Notes under the pieces: generated by a model
What the model was told of the DNA's origin: nothing
The model's input: only the letters and a program-made list of their open reading frames with translations
The model's database searches: none
Position numbers and translations under genes: made by a program
In this document: in pieces, positions 10,583 through 17,918 of the stretch
How positions within the stretch are numbered: the first letter of the stretch is position 1
How the letters are laid out: each line of letters begins with the position of its first letter
Source: Candidatus Latescibacterota bacterium
GTDB taxonomy: Bacteria; Latescibacterota; UBA2968; UBA8231
NCBI GenBank assembly: GCA_965219385.1
Contig: CBDCNM010000001.1
Location: forward strand, 110,631 to 174,630
Length of the DNA: 64,000 bases
Reading direction: 5' to 3'

Positions 10583-11901
10583 GGCGCTTTTCCAAACCTT
10601 TTCAACCAGGCCTGGCGGTCGACCTTTTCCCCGGTTGTTGTGGGCGGTTCCGGTCCGGCCCAGGTCGGCGAATCCGCCTGGAGGGATTTGCCCAGGAGAC
10701 CCACGCCAGGTTTTACCGCGCCGCGCTGGATCTTGCCCAGCTGGCGCACCAGCTGCCGCAGGCTGTCCAGGTTGTGGGCCGCGGCCAGGATGTCGATGAA
10801 GGGCAGGGCGGCCTGCATGCCGCGGCAGGAGGGCTGGTAGGTGGGGCTCCCCATCAGGGGATTCAGCCAGATGAGGCAACGAGCGCGCCGCCGGATCTGG
10901 TCCAGGCTGTCTTCGAGCAATTCGATCTCCCCGGTGTCCCAGCCATCGCTCATGATCAGCACCACGGTGTTGCGATCCACCAGGCCGCCATAGCCTTCTA
11001 GAAAGGTGTGGAGGGAACGGCCGATCTTGGTGCCCCCCGACCAGTCCGGCACCGCGCCGGACAGCTCCCCCAGGGCCGCGGACAGGTTATCGGTTTTGAG
11101 GATGGGGGTGATGCGGTGCAGGGAGGTGCTGAAGGCAAAGGTCTCAATGCGCCGGTACACCCTCTGAAAGGCGTAGATGAACTGGATGAGGAAGCGGCTG
11201 TAGAGATCCATGGATTTGCTCACATCGCACAGCAGCACCAGCTTCAGCCGCTGCCGCCGCCGGCAGCGGCACGCCAGATCGACCATGTCGCCGCCGCGAC
11301 GCAGGCTCAGCCGCAGGGTGCGGCGCAGATCCAGTCTGCCCCGGCGTCGGGTCTGCTGGTAGCGGCGGCTGAAGCGGGTGGCCAGGGCCTTGCTCAGTTC
11401 GGAGATCAGCTCGATGATTTCGTGGAGGTCTTCGGGGCTGAAGCCCTTGAAATCCCTGCGGGTGAACACCTCGAAGGGACTGTACCCGGCCACCTCTTCT
11501 TCCTCGACCGCCTGGTTGCTCTTCAGCCAGTTGCCGATGGTCACCGCGGCCGGTTTATCGGCCCGGGATTTATTCGCATTTTCTTGCGGCTCAGGCGCTT
11601 CTCTTTCTTTTGTCTGGCGGTTGAGCTGGGGGCCCCGGTCCCACACCATCCAGTAGTGGTCGAAGTAGTGGTCGAAGGTTTTCTGCTCCCGGAGGCTTTT
11701 GGCCAGGGTGGTGCGCAGGGCCGCGCGGAAGGCCCGGGCATCGCTCAGTTCAATCAACTCCAGGGCCTTGAGGGCCTCCCCCTGCTCGCCCGGGCCAATG
11801 CCGCCGCCGTGCCGGCGCAGCAGGCGGCAAAATCCGGTCAGGTTGGCACCCAGGTCGCGGTGCAGCGCCAGGTCGTCGAATCCGGGTACTGGGCTATCCA
11901 T
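10579..11901 (-). CDS. coxE: VWA domain-containing CoxE-like protein
   Basis: vWA MIDAS motif region (LLCDVSKSMD, SDGWDTG). Lies 2 nt downstream of the coxD stop. Confidence 0.85.
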   Translation of the reverse strand: MDSPVPGFDDLALHRDLGANLTGFCRLLRRHGGGIGPGEQGEALKALELIELSDARAFRAALRTTLAKSLREQKTFDHYFDHYWMVWDRGPQLNRQTKEREAPEPQENANKSRADKPAAVTIGNWLKSNQAVEEEEVAGYSPFEVFTRRDFKGFSPEDLHEIIELISELSKALATRFSRRYQQTRRRGRLDLRRTLRLSLRRGGDMVDLACRCRRRQRLKLVLLCDVSKSMDLYSRFLIQFIYAFQRVYRRIETFAFSTSLHRITPILKTDNLSAALGELSGAVPDWSGGTKIGRSLHTFLEGYGGLVDRNTVVLIMSDGWDTGEIELLEDSLDQIRRRARCLIWLNPLMGSPTYQPSCRGMQAALPFIDILAAAHNLDSLRQLVRQLGKIQRGAVKPGVGLLGKSLQADSPTWAGPEPPTTTGEKVDRQAWLKRFGKAP

Positions 11902-12823
11902 TGGAGGCCTGGGTTTCCTGGGCTGCGGCCGGCTCGACCTGGGCGCGGATGCCCAGTCGCTCCATGAATTCGGGCAGGGATTCCTTCATCTGCCGCACAT
12001 CGGTCCAGTTCTTGAAGACGATGCCGAGGGTTTCCTCGACGATTTCGGGGTTTAGGTGTTGCTGGTGCAGCGCCACCAGGGCCCTGGCCCAGTCCAGGGT
12101 CTCGGCCACGCCCGGGGTCTTTTCCAGCTTTTGCTGGCGCACCAGTTCCATGAAGCGACAGATTTGTTCGGCCAGGCGGACCTCGATATCCCCTACCTTG
12201 CTGCGCACAATGGCCAGTTCCTTGTCGAAGTCCGGGTAGTCGATCCACAGGTAGAAGCAGCGCCGGCGCACCGCGTCGGAGAGTTCGCGGGTGCGGTTGC
12301 TGGTGATGACCACGTGCGGCGGATGGGTGGCGCGGATGGCGCCGATTTCGGGGATGGTGATCTGCCACTCGGAGAGCACTTCCAGCAAGAAGCTCTCGAA
12401 TTCTTCGTCGGCCCGGTCCAGTTCGTCTATCAGCAGGACCGGAGACCGGTGGTGGGTGATGGCCTTGAGCAGGGGGCGGTCCAGCAGGAAGGCCTGACTG
12501 AAGATGGTGGCTTCTTTTTCGTCGATGGTTTTGTCGCTGCCTTCTTCGAGTTTGATGTGCAGGAGCTGGCGCTGGTAATTCCATTCGTAGAGGGCGGTGT
12601 GGGCGTCCAGGCCTTCGTAGCACTGCAGGCGGATCAGCTCGGTATCCAGGACGCGGGCCGTGACCTTGGCTATTTCGGTCTTGCCGACGCCGGCGGGTCC
12701 TTCCACCAGGAGGGGTTTGTGCAGGGCTCTGGCCAGGTGCAGGGACATGGCGATGTCGCGGTCGGCGATGTAGTCCTGGTCGCCGAGCATTTGCTGGATG
12801 GGCAGGATTTCTTTTGGGGGCAT
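11894..12823 (-). CDS. coxD: MoxR-like AAA+ ATPase CoxD
   Basis: Walker A GPAGVGKT, Walker B LLIDELDR, typical MoxR length. Confidence 0.9.
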   Translation of the reverse strand: MPPKEILPIQQMLGDQDYIADRDIAMSLHLARALHKPLLVEGPAGVGKTEIAKVTARVLDTELIRLQCYEGLDAHTALYEWNYQRQLLHIKLEEGSDKTIDEKEATIFSQAFLLDRPLLKAITHHRSPVLLIDELDRADEEFESFLLEVLSEWQITIPEIGAIRATHPPHVVITSNRTRELSDAVRRRCFYLWIDYPDFDKELAIVRSKVGDIEVRLAEQICRFMELVRQQKLEKTPGVAETLDWARALVALHQQHLNPEIVEETLGIVFKNWTDVRQMKESLPEFMERLGIRAQVEPAAAQETQASNG

Positions 12824-12870
12824 GAGCTTCCTGGTCTACCTGGATCGGATCATCTGGGGGCAGTGAACAC

Positions 12871-13235
12871 TCGAAGCCGTCTTAAAACCCGTTCTGGTCT
12901 AGAAAGGCCTTGAAAGGCCGTACTCATTAGGCGATCTTCAGGTTTCACTACAAACCCTGAAAGGCCCTAATTTAAGTACGCCCCGGGAAGAATATGCGAC
13001 GAATTTAACCGATGCACAAGGGCAGCACCTCCACCCCCTGTTGCCGGCGCGGCAGTGGCGTCCGGGCGGTCCGGGTCGGGGTCATTGACGCGCAGAGTAT
13101 AAAGACGGCAACCCAAGGAAAAACCACCGGCTACGATGCCGGTAAAAAGCGTTTATCCACATTGCAATGATCCATCTGTTACTCAAGCGAATCGCTACGT
13201 GAGCGGGGTTAAGACAGCTTCTGAAGGAGATGTCG
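12871..13235 (+). mobile_element. internally deleted (MITE-like) derivative of the IS5-family element found intact at 55812-56757
   Basis: Left end GAAGCCGTCTTAAAACCCGTTCTG and right end ...GACAGCTTCTGAAGGAG match the IS termini. The interior carries only fragments of orfA/orfB (e.g. ATGCACAAGGGCAGCACC..., ...GTTTATCCACATTGCAATGATCCATCTGTTACTCAAGCGAATCGCTAC). Confidence 0.7.
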
Positions 13236-13357
13236 GATTTCGTCGATGAGAGGACTGAGAACGGCGTGACTGTTCTGAGGCGACATGCCATTGTTGAAAT
13301 GTTGCTCTGGAACAAAGGGAAGAGCGCGTTCGCGTCTATGATCGGAATTGGTTGCCG

Positions 13358-13773
13358 ATGAGACAGGTCGTGCGACAACTGGACATCCTGCGAGAGCTGC
13401 AGGCGCGGCGTTACGGGGTGAGTGTACGCGAACTGGCGGAGGAGTACAACGTAGATAGGCGCACCATACAGCGCGATCTGGGAGACCTGCGCGAGGCCGG
13501 ATTTATACTGGACGAAAAACGGCGCGCCGATCCGCGCATCTACTACCAACTACAGAAGGACACCGGACGGCCGCTGAACTTCCCGATCATGGAGGTCGCG
13601 GCGATGATCTTCGCCGAGCGGGCCGGCATGGGGCTGGGACCCCCTTCGGCGCGCACCTGCGGTCGGCGATCCGCCGGCTGACCCAGGCATTGCCCCCGGA
13701 GATGCGGCAGCAGGCGACGAAAGGGCGGCCATTGCGCGTCGATCAAATCGGTTGGATATTAATGGGTTTTTAA
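13358..13773 (+). pseudogene. WYL-domain (YafY/BrxR/CapW-like) HTH transcriptional regulator, 5' portion with frameshift and truncation
   Basis: HTH_11-type N-terminus (YGVSVRELAEEYNVDRRTIQRDLGDLREAGFIL). A frameshift occurs near the C5 run at about 13636. The continuation in another frame (AIRRLTQALPPEMRQQATKGRPLRVDQIGW) ends at TAA 13771-13773 where low-GC DNA begins. Confidence 0.6.
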
Positions 13774-13811
13774 ATCTCCCACAAGCACAATGAAATAAGG
13801 AGAGACGATCC

Positions 13812-14093
13812 ATGATCTTGAGAATCGTCGTATTCGTATTGCTGCTATTGCCTGCTCAACTATTGGCTCGTGCGTCGGAGATCCAAGATCTGATACAGGC
13901 AGGCGAGGTCATGCTTGATAAGGGATGGTTTCGAAATGCCGCGTTAAAGTTTGAAAAGGCAGTCTCGTTCGACTCGACGAATGCACAGACCCATTTTCTT
14001 CTTGGGCGGGCTCTTTTGGGGTCTGATAAAACAGATGAAGGAATAAGAGTGCTAGAGCGGGCTGAGGAATTAGGGTACGAAAAAAAAGAGTAA
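13812..14093 (+). CDS. signal-peptide TPR-repeat protein (5' ORF of split gene)
   Basis: Hydrophobic N-terminus MILRIVVFVLLLLPAQLLARA followed by TPR-like helices. Sits in a low-GC segment. Confidence 0.55.
   Translation: MILRIVVFVLLLLPAQLLARASEIQDLIQAGEVMLDKGWFRNAALKFEKAVSFDSTNAQTHFLLGRALLGSDKTDEGIRVLERAEELGYEKKE
14078..14085 (+). repeat. A8 homopolymeric tract at the junction of the two TPR ORFs
   Basis: GAAAAAAAAGAG: adding one A fuses 13812..14093 and 14105..14680 in frame (...GYEKKRVRGLILAQCNLAAT...). Confidence 0.8.
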
Positions 14094-14104
14094 GGGGCTT
14101 AATT

Positions 14105-14680
14105 TTGGCTCAGTGTAATTTGGCAGCAACTGTGTTAAAACTTGAATCCTTAATGCTGAGGCTGAGTTCAAATACCTCGGCGGATAGTCTGAAAGCGGAG
14201 GAACGATTAAGAAAAGCCATGGAGTACTATGAGAAAGCATTGTCCGTCAGCTCAACCGATAGTCTTACATTGATTGGAATCTCTGATGCTTGCGTTACGC
14301 TTGGAGAATATGAAAAAGCAGAATCCTATCTTCGTACAGCCGTCAATGTATATCCCTCTAGTGAAGGAGCGCATAAGGAACTGGGTGATGTGTACTTGGC
14401 AATGGAAAAATATGACTTGGCTGTCGTTTCGTATCGCAAGGCCATCGATCTCAACCCAGAGTACATGGATGCTTATGGCGACATGCTATCAGAAGGCTTG
14501 GCTCGTGCTCTGTTCATGACAAAAGACTTTGAGGGCCTAGTCGAATTAATGTTCCTCGCCTTAGAAATTGATCCTAATACGTTTGGATGTCATCATTTGC
14601 AACTTGGCTTGATGTGTCTTGACCCTGAGCGAAAAGCTCAATATGAAGAGGAGTATAATTATATTTGCCAAGGACAGTGA
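14105..14680 (+). CDS. TPR-repeat protein (3' ORF of split gene)
   Basis: Multiple TPR-like repeats (AMEYYEKALSVSS..., AVVSYRKAIDLNPEY). TTG start, 2 frames off from the upstream ORF. Low GC. Confidence 0.55.
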   Translation: MAQCNLAATVLKLESLMLRLSSNTSADSLKAEERLRKAMEYYEKALSVSSTDSLTLIGISDACVTLGEYEKAESYLRTAVNVYPSSEGAHKELGDVYLAMEKYDLAVVSYRKAIDLNPEYMDAYGDMLSEGLARALFMTKDFEGLVELMFLALEIDPNTFGCHHLQLGLMCLDPERKAQYEEEYNYICQGQ

Positions 14681-14831
14681 GGTTCAGCCTCTGTATTCGG
14701 ATTTCTGTCAGGTGCCTGAGAAGGTGGACCGCTTCGAGGTGGCAGAGGTGCTGGAGCCGGAGGGGTTGCGGGCGGCGGTGTGGGAGGAGATGCGGATGGC
14801 AATGGGGTTGGATGCAGAAGGTACGACTTGA
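14680..14831 (+). pseudogene. 3' remnant of the WYL regulator (WCX C-terminal tail)
   Basis: Translation ...RFEVAEVLEPEGLRAAVWEEMRMAMGL resembles the conserved ...V.vLeP.eLr..v.eel C-terminus of WYL/WCX regulators. GC content returns to high here. Confidence 0.4.
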
Positions 14832-14992
14832 TTTGTCGCAGGAACTTCGGTTATATAATATTTCTCGCAGAGGGATTAGCAGCGACATGACAACAACTCA
14901 AACAATTGTCGTGCGCGCTGTCGCAATTTCGGGCTTGCGAGGCTCAGTGCTGACTAGCCGGGTCGGTTTGGGAAAGGCGAGGAGGCCAAGAC

Positions 14993-16147
14993 ATGAGCGA
15001 TAAATACCGGCTGTTGTTGGAGAAGGCGGCGCGGCTTTACGAGAAACATGAGGCCGGACGCCCGGAGCCCTTCAACGTCTTCTCGGTTCTGCGCAAAGAA
15101 ACCGATGAGGTGCATCTCCACTCCCCGTTTCTCCACGCGCTGCTCGACTACCGGCAGTTGCCTGATGGACTCCGAAAAAATCTGTCAGATTTCTTGCGCT
15201 CATTTGATGTACACAACCTCGATCCGGACGGCGCAACAGTCGAAAGGGAGATCGACGACATCGATATCCTGATTCGAGACCCCTCTTCTATGCAGGCCGT
15301 GATCATCGAGAACAAAATCGGGGCCGGGGATCAACCCGGGCAGCTGCGGAGATACGCCGAACAACTGAAGGGGCAAGGCTATACACCCCATCTGCTGTAC
15401 CTGACGCTTGATGGCCACCCCTCCTCTGAAGACAGCGCGGGCGGTCTCGACTACAAATGCATTTCCTACAAGGACGATCTTCCCCCTTGGTTGAAACGTT
15501 GCCAGAAACGCGCAGACGATGAACCCGCGTTGCGGGAGTCGGTTGCCCAATATCTACGCTTGATTGAAAAGCTGACAGGTAAGGACTATAGTGAGGCATA
15601 TATGAATGACTTGAAGGAGCTTTGCCTGAAAGGCGACAACCTCGTTCTCGTCCACGACTTGAAAGAGGCCATGGACGAAGCGAGGGTTTCGTTATTGCAG
15701 AAGTTGTGGCAAGAAATCGATTGCAAGCTGAGGGAGGGAATTTCGGATCTTCCCGACAAGTCCAAAGATTGGGACATCTCCGAAGAGAGGATTAGAGACT
15801 ACCTTACCTCTAAGAAAAACAAAGAGCTTCACGACCTATGCTATACGTTTGGCCCTGATACTTCCCTCGGCGTCCAGGCTAGTTCTTCCATTTGCTTCGG
15901 CGTCAGATGCCCGGAAAAAAAGAACAAAGACGAGCACAACAAGCTCAAGGAAGCACTCAAAGGGGGCCGTAGTACCAAAAATTGGCCTTGGTATAAATAT
16001 ACCTCGACGGCTCTGAATCTGAAGTCCCCGACCCGGGAAAATCTCGAGCTGCTGGCGAACGAGGAAAAGAGGCATAAGTATGTCGAGGAATTGGTGTCTG
16101 GCGTGGGTAAGTTGTGGGAGAGAATCAAGAAAGCCGAGCTCGCTTGA
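14993..16147 (+). CDS. PD-(D/E)XK nuclease family protein (PDDEXK_4-like)
   Basis: N-terminus FNVFSVLRKETDEVHLHSPFLHALL (family signature FNiFsvL...E..HS.fLa.LL). D...E.K core DIDILIRD...AVIIENKIGAGDQPGQLRRY. Confidence 0.7.
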   Translation: MSDKYRLLLEKAARLYEKHEAGRPEPFNVFSVLRKETDEVHLHSPFLHALLDYRQLPDGLRKNLSDFLRSFDVHNLDPDGATVEREIDDIDILIRDPSSMQAVIIENKIGAGDQPGQLRRYAEQLKGQGYTPHLLYLTLDGHPSSEDSAGGLDYKCISYKDDLPPWLKRCQKRADDEPALRESVAQYLRLIEKLTGKDYSEAYMNDLKELCLKGDNLVLVHDLKEAMDEARVSLLQKLWQEIDCKLREGISDLPDKSKDWDISEERIRDYLTSKKNKELHDLCYTFGPDTSLGVQASSSICFGVRCPEKKNKDEHNKLKEALKGGRSTKNWPWYKYTSTALNLKSPTRENLELLANEEKRHKYVEELVSGVGKLWERIKKAELA

Positions 16148-16214
16148 CGTCGCCGCCGGCCCCCCGCCCTTAGCTACTGCAAGACCTCAGCCCGGAATAC
16201 GCTCGGAAAGGGCC

Positions 16215-16544
16215 TTATGCCCGCAGCAAGCGCTGCTGTAGCAATGTCTGCATGTCGCGCCGCCCAGCGGCGATCACGAGCACATAGACGTTATTTTCCA
16301 TCACCCGGTAGATGATGCGATAGGGCCTGAAGAATATCTCCCGGTATTCCCGAATCCCAATGTCCAGCAGTTCCATAGGGTAGTTCCCGTGCTCGGGATA
16401 CTCGGATAGGCTGCTGAAAGCCTTTTCGATCTGCTCCGGCACGTAATCCGCCCGGCCCGGCGCATCATGCCGATCGATGTAATCGCAGATCTCCTCCAAG
16501 TCGCGCGTCGCGTCACCGGTCAACTGGACCAGGAAGGCCATCAG
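16215..16544 (-). CDS. parE: type II toxin-antitoxin system RelE/ParE family toxin
   Basis: MAFLVQLTGDATRDLEEICDYI...YRIIYRV.ENNVYVLVIAAGRRD. Start trimmed to the ATG at 16544. Confidence 0.75.
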   Translation of the reverse strand: MMAFLVQLTGDATRDLEEICDYIDRHDAPGRADYVPEQIEKAFSSLSEYPEHGNYPMELLDIGIREYREIFFRPYRIIYRVMENNVYVLVIAAGRRDMQTLLQQRLLRA

Positions 16545-16817
16545 CGAGCCGGTCGCCGCTCCCGAAGCCGTGCCACGACATCGGAGGCGGGTTGCGCCTG
16601 ACCTGCCTCGATCTGGGGCTGCCAAGCGGATAGAGGTTGATCATGGTCAGAGTAGTAATAGGCCGCATTTCAGAATCGGCAGTTAAAATCTATCGAACTC
16701 GGGGCGGTCGAACAAGGGGGGGGAGAGGAGAGGATTGCCCGTCCAGCCGCAATCCCTATATTCTATAATCACTTTGGACGGAAAGGTTGGAGTTGAACCA
16801 TCCCTGGAAAACCCGCA

Positions 16818-17870
16818 ATGAGCCCTGAAACACCCGCCGGACGGAAAGTCCCTCTGCACGACACCCTCGGCCGCCCTCTGGGCAGCCTGCGGATTTCGGT
16901 CGTCGACCGCTGCGATTTGCGCTGCGCCTACTGTATGCCCGAAAAGGACTACGTCTGGCTGCCGCGCCAGAGCATCCTCAGCTTCGAGGAAATCGAGGAG
17001 ATCGTACACGCCTTTACCCGGCTGGGGGGCCGCAAGGTGCGCCTGACCGGAGGCGAGCCCTTGCTGCGGAAGGATCTGGTGAAACTGGTCCGGCGCCTGG
17101 CGCAAAACCCGCAGGTGGAGGATCTGGCCCTGACCACCAACGCGACCCAACTGGAGCGCTGGGCCCTACCGCTTTTCCAGGCCGGCCTGCAGCGCATCAC
17201 CATCAGCCTGGATTCCCTGCAGCCGGATCGCTTCGCCGAACTGACCCGCAGGGATGTGCTGGACAAGGTGCTGTCCGGCATCAGAGCTGCCGCCGGAACG
17301 GGTTTCCAGCATCTCAAGATCAACACCGTGGTGATGCAGGGCTTCAACGACGACGAACTGATCGCCCTGATCGAGTTCGGCAAGGAGGTGGGGGCCGAGG
17401 TCCGCTTCATCGAGTACATGGATGTGGGCGGCGCTACCCAGTGGGCCATGGACAAGGTGTTTTCCAGGGCCGACATCCTGGCGCGGTTGCAAGCTTACTA
17501 CGGTCCCCTGCAGGCGGCCGGGCCGCAGGGAGCGGCCCCGGCGCAGCGCTTCCTGCTGCCGGACGGCACCCGCTTGGGCATCATCGCCTCGGTCACGGAG
17601 CCGTTCTGCCGCACCTGCGACCGCAGTCGGATCACCGCGGACGGGATGTGGTATCCATGCCTTTACGCCCGCAGCGGCATGGACCTGAAAAAGCTTCTGC
17701 GTACCGGCGGCTCCAGGGAAGACCTAATTTCCCTCATCCGCACCGCCTGGCTGCAACGCGCCGACCGCGGGGCCGAGGAACGCCTGAACCTCCCCGCGAG
17801 AAAGGCCCTCTACCAGGTGGAGGAACTCAAAGCGAACCCGCACCGCGAAATGCACACCCGCGGCGGGTGA
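16818..17870 (+). CDS. moaA: GTP 3',8-cyclase MoaA (radical SAM)
   Basis: CDLRCAYCMP radical-SAM cluster, RLTGGEPLLR, and C-terminal CxxC...C cluster (CRTCDRSRITADGMWYPC). Confidence 0.9.
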   Translation: MSPETPAGRKVPLHDTLGRPLGSLRISVVDRCDLRCAYCMPEKDYVWLPRQSILSFEEIEEIVHAFTRLGGRKVRLTGGEPLLRKDLVKLVRRLAQNPQVEDLALTTNATQLERWALPLFQAGLQRITISLDSLQPDRFAELTRRDVLDKVLSGIRAAAGTGFQHLKINTVVMQGFNDDELIALIEFGKEVGAEVRFIEYMDVGGATQWAMDKVFSRADILARLQAYYGPLQAAGPQGAAPAQRFLLPDGTRLGIIASVTEPFCRTCDRSRITADGMWYPCLYARSGMDLKKLLRTGGSREDLISLIRTAWLQRADRGAEERLNLPARKALYQVEELKANPHREMHTRGG

Positions 17871-17918
17871 AACCACGGCAAACCAGACCGCGCCGCGCGG
17901 GCTCCGGTTTAAATCTCA

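Noticed and set aside
9296-10840. 514-aa plus-strand ORF and 273-aa minus ORF (9774..10595) overlapping coxF; likewise 20106..21425, 36472..37317, 40644..41426, 47077..48300 and 39241..40239 over other genes
   Set aside because: Antisense or alternate-frame ORFs with Arg/Gly/Pro-rich low-complexity products in GC-rich coding DNA. The partner strand or frame has clear homology-type signatures.
16545-16700. 52-aa ORF (MRPITTLTMINLYPLGSPRSRQVRRNPPPMSWHGFGSGDRLADGLPGPVDR) upstream of and overlapping the parE start, as a candidate antitoxin
   Set aside because: No RHH/Phd/ParD features. Pro/Gly/Arg-rich, and it overlaps the toxin start out of frame. Not convincing.
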